From Carcharhinus longimanus (lineage: Eukaryota), in the NCBI GenBank assembly GCA_030264375.1, contig JASCQW010000072.1:35357487-35421486 (forward strand): a DNA stretch of 64,000 bases, in the 5' to 3' direction. Position 1 is the first letter of the stretch; each line of letters begins with the position of its first letter. This document shows, piece by piece, positions 1-11,030 of this stretch. A program made the position numbers and the translations under genes. The notes under the pieces were generated by a model. It was not told the DNA's origin, made no database searches, and saw only the letters and a program-made list of their open reading frames with translations.

Positions 1-440
1 GGAAGTGGATAACCTCACACTTATCCACATTATACTGATTCTGCATTGCATCCGCCCATTCACCCAGCCTGTCCAAATCATACTGAAGCATTTCTACATC
101 CTCCTCACAGCTCACCGTCCCACCCAACTTTGCATTATCTGCTAAATTCTCCCTCAGTGTGCCCAAACAGGCAATGGAGTATGGTGACTAGGGGATTTTC
201 ACAGTAACTTCATTGCAGTGTAAGCCTACTTGTGACACTAATAAATAAACTTAAACTGCAAATTTGGAGATAATATATTTAGTTCTCTTGTCTGAATCAA
301 TATATAAGGTGAACAGTTGGGGATCGTAGCACAGACCCCTCCAGTACCCTACTAGTCGCTGCCTGCCAAGCAGAAAAAGACCCATTTATTCCAATCTTTT
401 GCTTCATGTCTACTAACCAGCTTTCTATCCATCTCAAGAC
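1..440 (-). mobile_element. CR1/HER1-like LINE RT fragment, interrupted by a 5'-truncated V-SINE piece (~140-257, + strand)
   Basis: Reverse strand resembles the CR1 RT GVPQGSVL..LF / KFADD region. The insert carries a SINE body ending ...cctacttgtgacactaataaataaac. Confidence 0.7.
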
Positions 441-989
441 ATCTTCTCCGATTCTCATCTGCTGCATACGCTATAAATGTATCCTTCAGCACAGTTACTG
501 TATCATGGCAAAGGGAGAAAGTGAAGATAGCAATGAGAACTTAGTAGCATCTTAAAAATTAAGCACAAGGCTGGAAATTAGTGTTGCTGATAATAGCAGC
601 CAGATGCTTAATATTTTCATACACTCTTTTTCTGTCCACTGAGGTGTTTTATCTATTTAAATAAATAGTATATTGAAAGGTTTAAAGGGTTCCAAACATT
701 CAAAGATATTACAGTATGAACTGATATTTTGGACAGCTTGAGGTTTGCAGGGAATATACCCCTCGTGGAGATACACATGGATATTTAATATATTTTTTAT
801 GCCACGGATATGAAGAAAAGAATCATAATACTTACCACCTTTTTAAAACTCTCCTCCTGTCCTTTATGAATCAAATTACCAATGATTTTGAGTTTGAGGT
901 AGTTTGATCTTGCAATGCTGGAGAGAGTTCAACAGTGGATTTCTTTTATGCATATACTGTTTTGTTTTATTTTCTGTTTTTCCACACAG

Positions 990-1157
990 CAACCTCACAA
1001 CATTGTTCAAAGACGATTACTTGAGAGCAACATCACAAAATTGCATGGGGATCCAAGGTCTGTGACTCAATCACCACTTGCTGACGAGGTGAAGTCCAGC
1101 GTAAATAAGGATACTGCATGTTCACAGCAATGGGACACACTCAATATCTACTGCAAG
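990..1157 (+). CDS. NRIP2: NRIP2 internal coding exon (first in window; start codon lies upstream of the window)
   Basis: Pyrimidine tract and cag before 990; AAG|gtatgt donor after 1157; 168 nt, phase 0-0. Encodes QPHNIVQRRLLESNITKLHGDPRS...LNIYCK, matching the recalled NRIP2/NRIP3 segment QPHNI(L/V)QRRL. Confidence 0.92.
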
Positions 1158-2038
1158 GTATGTAAAGTTGCATTGCAGTGTAACGTAATAATGTTCTCTG
1201 TCTAATAATCCTGCAGTCATTATTGCTACACTGTTTAGAATATCTCAAAGAAAACAAAATGATAAAACAGAGTAACTTGAAAATATTTATAACATTTGAT
1301 CACCTTGATCAAAACAAAAAATTTAAAATTCATTGTGTGTACTTTATTGGGAGTTCAGATCATACGTGTTGAAGACATAGTTCAATTTGCTGAACAAGTG
1401 CAGTATAAGAACAGAATTTGATGTGGGAGGTGGGGGAACCCATCATCCATTGTGAAATCTGATGGCTTTCCCACTGACCTCAATCTCTGGGAGCCCCGAA
1501 GTAATAAAGTCCCTAACTGAACTCTGCCAGCAATGTTCCAGCCTTCCCTGAGGTCATTAAATCAGTGCACTTCCTACTGTGAGACAGATAGCCTACCTTT
1601 GAGAGCTGCTGGCCAATCAGAGGCTGGCAGCTTTGCAGGAATGGCAGCGCTAGTTAGAGCACTGGCCACTGCTGGTCTTATGCAGATGATCGGCTTTAGA
1701 TCCTCTGGAGACAGGTAAGTGGGGTAGAATGTATACAGCAAATGTATGGCTGAGAAATGGCTATCTGCAGGCATTCCCCCCTGCCCCTTCCTGTTGCAAG
1801 GTCACTTGGTTGAGTGCTACTGAATAAGGGACTCTCCCCCACCTCTCCAGAGAAGACCCCAGGCAAACCCAGTAGAGCATGACAAGTTTCCTGCCCACCA
1901 CTGGTTGAATACCAGCAGCAGAAGGATGAGGCACTTCAGGGGCTCAAATGCGTTCCAGACAAGAAGTCCTCAAGCCTTGCCTGGGATTTAATTGGAGATG
2001 GGGAGTCAGTAGGATCTTCACCCACCACACCTTCTCAT

Positions 2039-2920
2039 TGTCACGGACAGGAGAGGGTCAATTTAAACTATCCTGATTTACCACTCAATACCTGGCCATA
2101 AACAGAAAGTTTTTTTTTAATTCTGATTTTCCTCTTTATAAATGGTGGTGTATTTTCCCCAACCCTTGAATTTGGATTGTCCAATCCACAATGAATAGCT
2201 TACACAGTAAAATTGAAGCAAGGTAAAAAAAAAGGTCAGTCTATTTTCACACACACATGCAAGAGGGGTTTCACAATGTCCACCCTTCTTGCACTCACAT
2301 AACAAAGGGGGAGACGAAAAAAACGAAGAGGGTTCAGGGCACAATTACAACTAGATCCAAGTTAGGGTTTTACATGTGTCCAGAATCAGAAGTCTACTGG
2401 AAAGCTTCTCCCAAACAGGGGTTCACTGATTATATGGTCATCCATCTTTTCCAAGTGATACTTCAATGATGGGAGAAGGCACATAGATCAAGGTCAAATA
2501 GTAACCAACCATAAGGTCCCAGGACAGTACAATTAAAGAAAACCAGTCGGCCCAAGTCTCGGTCATGTGATACTTTTTGGTGGTTTCGGGTTGTTAAACA
2601 AGGCTCTCTTGTTGAGATCAGTGTGTTAAAACAGTTAATGTTTAAGCCATTAGCACCATTATTGGAGATTAGGATCTGCAAAGGGTTATCTGTGTTCAAG
2701 TTGGCTGGAGCAGACTAACTATCTGATGGACCATTGTGTTGGCTGGGTTGGAATGTTTATGCTATACAAGGAGTGTTACATTCCAGATTGGTGTTTGCCT
2801 TTGTTGACTTTGAAACTTCTGGAATCTAGCATGTGACCAGCTGGAGCCATCTTGTCAGCTCAAACATTGTCCATTTTGAAAAAAAAACTTAATAATTTCT
2901 TCACTTTCTGGACTGTGACA
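2039..2920. mobile_element. Probable solo LTR (Gypsy-type termini) nested in a MITE-like repeat (~1410-2960)
   Basis: Begins TGTCAC (2039) and ends GTGACA (2920), i.e. inverted TG...CA termini. No coding capacity. Flanks tcat/ccac could be a decayed 4-bp TSD. Confidence 0.5.
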
Positions 2921-3518
2921 CCACCCAAACACACACCCATGCTTCCCTGGATTCCAAACTCATGTCTAGTTGGTAACTGGAAAGGCATCTCAAACAGGAC
3001 AATGCCCTCTCAGCCACTTTTTAGAAACTTTAATTGAACAAAATACAGAACATAGCTAGGCCACCACTTTGGAAGTTTTGGAGTGGTATGGTTGGGGGTT
3101 GTCTTTGACTGTACCCCCATCCAGGCAAGCAGGGAGATGCCTGAAGTTGGGTGTCCACCTTCAGGAAAATCCCAATCAGCCTCAATTACTGACCTCTAAC
3201 AATAAGCTGAATTGCCTTCTTGCCTTGCCACAGGTCCTTCTGAGCTCCAAACGTGGGTTGGGCTGATATTAGGAAGACTGTCAGGAAGCCTGAACATCAC
3301 CTGGCCTCATAATTTACAAGCCTCACCTGGCTCCTGACATCAGCAGGCCCAAAAGTTAGATTCAGGGTTCTAAACTAGTGTTTGTCAGAAAACGAAAGTT
3401 GGTCTGAAAATTTTGGTGTTTGCTCAATCAGATTGTGAATTAATTGATTTGAGCTCAGTGGAGTTACCTTCCAGGCTAGTATGGTGAAACTCTGCTTCCA
3501 GGCTTTGGAATTAACAAA

Positions 3519-3770
3519 AAGAACATAAGAACATAAGAAATAGGAGCAGGAGTAGGCCATCTAGCCCTTCGAGCCTGCCCCGCCATTCAATANNNNNNNN
3601 NNNNNNNNNNNNNNNNNNNNNNNNNNNNNNNNNNNNNNNNNNNNNNNNNNNNNNNNNNNNNNNNNNNNNNNNNNNNNNNNNNNNNNNNNNNNCCAACATT
3701 AAATTCCATTTGCCAGTTCCTGGCCCATTCGCCCAGCCTATCTAGATCCTTCTGCAGACTCTCCACACCG
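3519..3770 (-). mobile_element. Young CR1 3' end with assembly gap
   Basis: aagaacataagaacataagaaataggagcaggagtaggccat is the reverse of the (ATGTTCTT)n-type CR1 tail; RT-like sequence resumes after the gap. Confidence 0.8.
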
Positions 3771-4859
3771 TCCGGAGAAATAAATTCTTATGTTTAGGGT
3801 CAGTAACATCTAATACTGGCTGCAAAATAGACAATTCATGGTCTAAACTGGGAAGTAAGATGTAGCAGGTTGGTTTTCCCTGCTGGAAGCTCATCCAATA
3901 GGATAGCATAACATGTTTTCTTTTTGTGTTGTTAGGGCAAGCATTGTGGAAATTGTTTGAGAATTATTTGTTCAATTGTTTGTATAGTGCAAAATAAACC
4001 AGCTTCTTGATTTATCATCTGCCTTTACCAGTGTTTGTCATTTTTGTATGTTAAATGATTGAATGATACATGTATAAATTTGCAGAATCAATTTTAAATG
4101 TTATGGGGAACGTGTCTCTTATGTACCCCAATTAAAACGTATAAGTCAACTACAAAGCACAAATGTGTGAGACCCATTTACAGAGTCAGTTGGCCACAGT
4201 GAATTTGAGAAAGTTGCAAGGATACTGTTGAAAGGTAGTGTTGTAAAGATGGTTGGAGGTAACCTGGAGTCACAGGTGCAGAAAACTACTGAATTATTTA
4301 AACTGTTCAGGAGAAAATTATTGATGACAACAGTGAAACAGCTGGTGACAATGGGTTGGAATTTTAACCTGGGGAAACAGGTTTAGGTTCAGATGTAGGA
4401 TTAAATCTGGCAAAAATACAAGGATGCTGGGAAACTGGCTCCAACTCATTAATGCCTAGATTTAACTTGAGTGGGTTGACTTATTGCAACCTTGGGAGAG
4501 AAGGGCTACCTATTAACATTTGGCAAACACTCAACTGAAGCAATATTTCAATGTAGTTATTGTCGTTTCCTTGGCTTCCTGAAACGCATCAGTGAAAGCA
4601 AAACACGGATAAATGTCAATTGATGACTAAACACATAGTACTCACAAAGAATTGTTTATTGTATTTTTGTTATGTGTTTACTTTCTCTAAGGGCTTCCAT
4701 TCAATCGATGTGCAGCCAGTGTACATCCACAAATATAATTCAGCAGGTGTTCACAAGATTCCTAGGGAACTTCCATAATTCTTTCATCCTACAGCAGTCT
4801 AAATTTCCTAATCTTTTCAAATCTGCAAGAACGGCTTAAGGGGTTAGTGCAAAAACAGA

Positions 4860-5215
4860 TCCTACTTCAAACTTAACAGATGACAGCTGTGAAAACCATG
4901 ACCAATGATGCTGAACAGCACCACTTGATTATCAGGTGTGTGACTGCTCAAGCCATTGGGCATGCTGAGAATGTGCTTCAGGTGCTTAGGCAATTCTGGA
5001 GGCATCTTTCAGCCAAGGCCTCCAAATGTTTATGATGTGCTGCCTACTGTGCTCAGTTTGGACCAGCAAAAGGAACAAGAAGCAGAGCATGGATCATTTG
5101 GGGACATTTCCAAGTAAGAAGAGGAAAACAAGATAGCTGAGGAGAAAAGTGATGAAGGCTCACATGGCTACCCAGAATGCCAAGGATACCTTCATTAAAG
5201 CACAATTCACTTAGT
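4860..5215 (+). mobile_element. Decayed PIF/Harbinger (HARBI1-like) transposase C-terminal fragment
   Basis: Reads ...QAIG/MLRMCFRCLGNSGG... across a frameshift, the Harbinger FGxLKxRFRCL..SGG motif, followed by an acidic stretch. Confidence 0.6.
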
Positions 5216-5840
5216 TTGCATTAGGGAAACAATTACAGAATTATGCAATAGCTACTCCTTTCATATCCTCCCCCAGCAATGCCATTGATGCAGAGCAATC
5301 CTGCAGACATATTCTTGCACATCAATTAATTTCTATTCATACATTATCAAATAAGTGAAAAGATGACATGCCACTCAGAAACCAAGAATGGACAAGAGTG
5401 GAAAATGATACAAATTAATATTACTTATATAATTCAACTGAAGAATGGAAATTTCACAACTGAACATTTTCTCATACACTCTTACGTAGATTTACTATTC
5501 CTCTTCCCACCAATTCAACATAGTGCAGAAGTGGAGGTAGACTGCTCAGATCCTAGCTTGACTGCTGAGATCTCTTAGTCAATGACCTCTGGATTTTGGA
5601 GCCCGTGTGGTCCCACTATAGGCTGGTCCACTTGCTCTTGTGCAGCGGCATACTTTGCCAACAGGACACATGGTAGCATGTCAGATACTGGCTAAGGGGA
5701 TGTGGGTGGTGGGGGGTGTTGTGAAAAAGAATGGGTCAATTAATAAATCTGGAATTGAAAGCAAGTATTAGTAATGCTCACCATGAAGCTACCTCTCCAG
5801 AGATGCTGCCAGACCTGCTGATCTTTTCCAGCATTTAAGA

Positions 5841-6025
5841 GGTGGCATGGTGGCACAGTGGTTAGCACTGCTGCCTCACAGGGACCCGGGTTCATTCCTG
5901 TGCTTGGATGACTGTGTGAAGTTTGCATGTTCTCCTTGTGTCTGTGTGGGGATTTCTTCTGGTTTCCTCACACATTCCAAAGATGTGTATTTGTGGATTG
6001 GTCATGTTAAATTGTTCCTTAGTAT
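5841..6025 (+). mobile_element. HE1-type tRNA-derived V-SINE, preceded by a Penelope-type tail fragment (~5790-5836)
   Basis: A box tggcacagtggttagc, B box gggttcattcc, V-domain-like body gtttgcatgttctcc...ggtttcctc. Confidence 0.85.
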
Positions 6026-6164
6026 CCTTGTTGCCCCTTCTAACATGGTGCCCAGATATGGACGTAATATTCCAGCTGAGATTTTGTCAGTTTTACAAAT
6101 ATTTAGCCTAACAGCATTTTATACCTTTATTAATAAAACCACTGTTTATTATTTAAAATAGTTG

Positions 6165-6262
6165 AATTTATATAGCACCTTTTACAACTTCAGGAAATCT
6201 TAAAGCACTTTATAACTAATGAAGTACTTCTTTGAATTGTGAGTCATGTTGTAATGGAGAAA
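6165..6262 (-). mobile_element. DeuSINE (SacSINE1/AmnSINE1-like) 3' fragment
   Basis: ttatatagcaccttttacaacttcagga...aaagcacttta...aatgaagtacttctttgaa is the reverse of the Deu-domain/tail pattern. Confidence 0.55.
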
Positions 6263-7239
6263 ATATTTTATAAATATTTGAGGCAAAAATTGTCAGTGGA
6301 ACTGCAGCATTTGGTGCTAGACGTAAATTTAATCATGTTGATATGAAATATAAAATTCCATATGCAGATCATAAGATGAATGAAGAGATATTTGCAATTG
6401 AAGAGCAAAAAGCACTTTAAAACATGACATTTAGAAAAGAAAATGTCACTATATCAGCCATATGATCAGAACTGAAAAGCTATAGCAGTTTGGAAGGCAA
6501 AGTGGCAGGCAGCAAAAAACAAGGGTTAATTTAGGCTAGTTGGATGACCAAGTGGTTGCAGATGAGTTACAGTGGATGTGAGGATGGTGCAAGACAGACA
6601 CATGTGATATATCACAACTGCATAGCATTGTGAAATGTCTCTTATTTTTAAATTGTCTTTAAAGTCATACTTTAAGTGTTTGTAAATTTCAGTTACTGAA
6701 AGAAAAATGACGATGAAATAAGATAAAGGAAAGTGAAATACCATTCTGAAGCATTAAATGTTCTATAACTCAAATAGTTATGGAAACTATAGGACAGAGG
6801 ATGAACACAATGTTTATCATTATGGCTATGGAATACAGATAAGGCCAAAGTCAGAAAGCAGTTTATAACAATCATACTTGTCATTCTAAATTAGACTTTC
6901 AAGAAAAGTGAGAAGAACGATGATTTTTAACTTCTGGATAATAGACTTCAAAGGGATGAGGAAAAATCTACCAATGAACAAGCATGCACTATCAGATGGG
7001 ATTGTAGATAGCGTAAAGGAAGAAATTAGAAGATTATCTATATGCACCACCAGTGCTGTTACAACTAACTGCCAGCATTTTTTAAATATTGAATTCAAAG
7101 TTCGCAAGACAATTTTATATCAAACAGTTAATGCTTGAAAAGCACAAAATTTTAATAAATCACATAGACAGAAAAATAAGACATATAACGTGTTCTTTTT
7201 ATTTCCTCTTTCAGTAACTTATGTCCCTTATTTCCTCAG

Positions 7240-7322
7240 TGCTGTGACCAAGAGATCAAAGTCACCATCAACACAGGCTGCCAACAGAACACAATCTCCA
7301 CCAGTTGCTTAAACAGAATAGG
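7240..7322 (+). CDS. NRIP2: NRIP2 exon carrying the retroviral-type aspartyl protease active-site motif position
   Basis: ttatttcctcag acceptor, GG|gtaaga donor, 83 nt (phase 0-2). Encodes CCDQEIKVTINTGCQQNTISTSCLNRIG; recalled human NRIP2 has CQDQLLRVAVDTGTQYNRISAGCLSRLG. Confidence 0.92.
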
Positions 7323-7764
7323 GTAAGATATCAGTTAGCAGGTGAACCACTCTCATTTAAATTAGGGAAGGATTTTTAGAGACAAGCAATCTAAAGATCT
7401 GTGGCCTGATAGAGCTGGTGCTGTTTGTTTCATAAGACACGAGATGCCAATTAAGTCATTTTAACCAATTGCTATCAGCTGGCTGTTAGCTAATTGAAAT
7501 GCTTGTACTAGAACCTCTATTAATAATTAATCTAATAATCATTATGTTATAGACTGCATTGCAAGCTTGCTGGACTTTTCTGACGTATCATGTTTTAGAT
7601 TGCTTCAATCAAAGATATTCTGAAGCAAGATGATGAAGTAGGAAACCAGTTGCCAATCTTTTACTTAATATTAGATTTACTTACATAAAGCGATAATATA
7701 CATGTCTGTCTCCTCCTTCACCAACGCCACATGTCTCAGAACTCTTCCTTATATATCTTCTCTG

Positions 7765-8570
7765 AGGTAGTCTCTTGGAATCAAGGATGGCCCTCTTCTA
7801 TTTCAGTTTGATGGGTTCTGGATGGCTGATAAGTCCAATATTTCTGCCATATGCAGAGCAGGTGTCGTTTGAAGGGTTGGGTACATGAGTTGTTTGGAGG
7901 TTTATGCACTTCATCTGCCTTTGTCTCTGCATGTTCATGATAAAAGTCTCTCAATCTATTCAGTGCTTGCTTGCCTAAATGAGCCTTCTCCATTTTGACT
8001 GTCTGCAAGCCACAGACTCTCATGAGTCAGCAGTGATCCTTGATTTTTTTCAAGGATGCTTTAAGGACACCCGTGAAGCATTTCTGCTGTCCTTCTTGGA
8101 GGCTCCTGCAATGACTGAATTCAGAGTATAGCAGTTGCTTCAGGAAGCTGGTGTCAGATATACAAACAGCATGTCCTNNNNNNNNNNCCCAGGGGAGCTG
8201 GTTTTGAGTAATTAGTTCAAGTTGATTTGGGAAAGGATGCTGTTCTTGAACCACTTCTCTTCCCACAGATACGGAGAATCTTGTGATGGTCTTATCGTCT
8301 AATCTTGTGAAGGCATCGCTGGTAATAATTCTCTAATGCTTCAGAGGTGCCTGCCATAGGTAGCCCAAGTTTCCGAAGCGTGCAGGACCATGGGGATCAC
8401 TGCCGTCAAGTATATCATGAGCTTAGTCACGGATTTGAGATCTTAGTCCTGAAAGACTCTTTTCCATAGTATGCCGCTTAGCACACTGAAAGCAATGATC
8501 ATTATTATATCTGCTTTCATCGAGTGGCAGCTCCCAAGATATGGAAAATAATCCACATTCTTTATATGCC
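7765..8570 (-). mobile_element. RTE-clade LINE 3' fragment inserted into the 3' LTR of the Copia element
   Basis: ORF 8027-8266 LITQNQLPW..GHAVCISDTSFLKQLLYSE...GQQKCFTGVLKASLKK resembles the RTE QLRWxGH..PKQLLYxEL..GGQxKRFxDxLKASLK tail. Confidence 0.75.
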
Positions 8571-10299
8571 TCTAGCTATTTAATCAATGCCCTTCACCCA
8601 TGTATTCTTAACCTTAATAATACAATTGATATACTGTTAACAGATTCCCCTCTTTTTTTAAAATTGAAACACATTACACACAAGAAATATTTCAAAACAA
8701 ATTGCAGGAAAAATAAATAAATGATTTTCCATATTTAGTACACAACATCTTGATACAAGATGACCCCCTTATCCTTCTTTATTTAAAGGCCCCCAAAGTT
8801 TGACTTTGAATGTTAAGTTCACCTTTAATCATATTTTTAACAAATTGCTCACATTCCACAGAACTCCCCATAGAAAATCATCAACCTGCATAATAAAAAT
8901 GCCTCTCCACAAGCTGCCCCAGGCCTTCTTAAAGTGCTGCTCGTTATAGTTGTACTTTGTAACCTTGAAACAAGATGGTCTTCACAAGTGACGATCCATG
9001 TCCTTGACTTATAATGCAGGATTATAAAGAAACAATTGGGAACTGGTGTCCACAAAGCTCTGTGCCCAGCATATAGATGTATAATTGATTAAAGTGCTTG
9101 ATTATACTGAAACGAAGCACAATTAAAATGCCCGAGTTTCCCTTTGTGGTATCAGTAGAACATTGCTGGACCTGCTTTCTGAATCTACTTTTAGTAAGAC
9201 AGACTTAACTGACAATACCATAACTTCAATGTATTATTCAGTCCATTCATTTGTTTAATTTCCACAGCTTCCTTTCTGCATTGCTTGCCTCTTTATATAT
9301 TTTCAAAAACACTTCTCTCTGGATTTTTTCTCTGCAAAAATGTGTTTTTTATATTCATGGACCTACATTCCCACAAATATGTGGCCAGCAAAGCCAAGAA
9401 CATTTTCAGGATTACTTTTCGCCGCTGTGGGATATCCACTATAACATACTGATCTCTAAGTTTCTCTTCAAATCCCCAAGCCTTTAGTGTCACTTTAGCC
9501 TTATGTCCCATCTGCAAGGGCATTTTTGATACATACTGAGCTATTTGATAAGGTAGACTGTCCCCTATCTGGTACTTAAAAGGAGACTTTCAACTCTTTG
9601 TTTTGCCTCTCTTATTAACTTATCTTCTATTGGCATCTACCATAACTTTGCAATCATAAGGGCTTCTACATCTACTAGTGCACCTAGATTGGTAATCCTT
9701 CTTCCATTTCATAATTTAGGGCAACTACTTGCTCTTCTATGTCTTCCTGGATTGCTAGTACAGGATCTCTCCCTCTCAAGATCAGAGATTCTGTTGTCCA
9801 TATGTGGACATTTCCTAGTGCAAGAATCACTCCCAGGTGCAAGAGTCACTCTCAAATTCCAAGCGCACTCACACTGCATTATCTTGCTTTCCACTGTTTC
9901 ACCCCATCTTGCCAGTTCATAGATCTTGCCTTTTGCCCATCATCTTGGACATTTAGCCATTATTTGAACTTGTACTTTTTCTCTCCCTACCGTAGTCACA
10001 TCCCTGCATTGATTGGACCGCTCTAGTATTTAGTATATAGTATCTAGTATATACATACGGTACCTTTGTTTTTTCATGGGGTGTTCTCTGAGGCTAACAG
10101 CAGTTGGTTCTTCAGTTGTGGTGCTTTGCACTGCTTTTTGGGAGTTCTGATCAGCTAATCCTGCTGTCTAGTGGGAGATCTAAGCAGCTTGCCCTCACAT
10201 AGGTTTCAGTAGCTCCTTAAATGTTATTTCCCATTGATTTCTCCATGATCTCACACAGTCTCTTTCAAGGTGGTGCCAGAGTATGGAGACTTCTTGCCA

Positions 10300-10520
10300 G
10301 CTATCCCCAACATACCCTCTAATTCTATCTTTTACTCTCATTCTATGCTTTTAAAACTCTACTCTAACTCATATAAACTGTCCAACAATGCTACTACAAT
10401 ACTACATTCTGCACCATCTCCTTTCCTTCTCTATTTATGCTTTGTCTGTATAGCACAAGAAATGATTCTTTTCACTGTATACCAACACATGTGACAATAA
10501 TAAATCAAATCAAATTAAAT
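10300..10520 (+). mobile_element. Rex1/Babar-like LINE 3' tail
   Basis: Ends ...ttttcactgtataccaacacatgtgacaataataaatcaaatcaaat with a (CAAAT)n-like tail. Confidence 0.5.
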
Positions 10521-10685
10521 GCTTTCTCCCGGAATTGATTAAATTCATTTTTTAATTTTAGCTCTTAAGATTTAAAAGTAAACTCACCCTATCTCTACTT
10601 TAATTCCTTACTTTTTTGTTGAATTATAAGAGCTAAAGAAAAGTAAACTCAACCTATTTTTACTTCCTGACACCTTTTTTTACAA

Positions 10686-11030
10686 GGTGGAGATAGTGGC
10701 CCAATGGTACTGTCACTGGACTAGTAATTCAAAGGCTCAGAGCATTGTTCTGGGAACCCAGGTTCAAATTACACCAGCTTTCATGATAGAATTCAATAAA
10801 AATCTGAATTAAAATTCTAATGATGACCAGTGTTGATTGTTGTAAAAATCCAACTCTATCACTAATATCCTTTAGAGAAGGAAATCTGCCATTCTTGTCT
10901 GGCCTATATGTGACTCAAGACACACAGCAATATGCTTGACTCTTAAAATGCCACTCAAGCCACTCAGTTCATGGGCAATTAGGAAGGGACAATAAAGCGA
11001 CACCCACTTCCTATTAATTAATTGATAAAA
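10686..11030 (+). mobile_element. tRNA-derived SINE of a second family, plus a short partial copy at ~11155-11228
   Basis: A box tggcccaatggt and B box ggttcaaatt. Tail gggcaattaggaagggacaataaa resembles the reverse-strand LINE tail at ~56550-56590. Confidence 0.7.

Noticed and set aside
915-1205. 96-aa ORF as a stand-alone gene
   Set aside because: Only 990-1157 is coding (an NRIP2 exon); the flanks are intron sequence read through.
5847-6161. MVAQWLALL... ORFs (also 21303-21527 and 30538-30756)
   Set aside because: Recurrent translations of the V-SINE tRNA head, not genes; the heads are also not functional tRNA genes.
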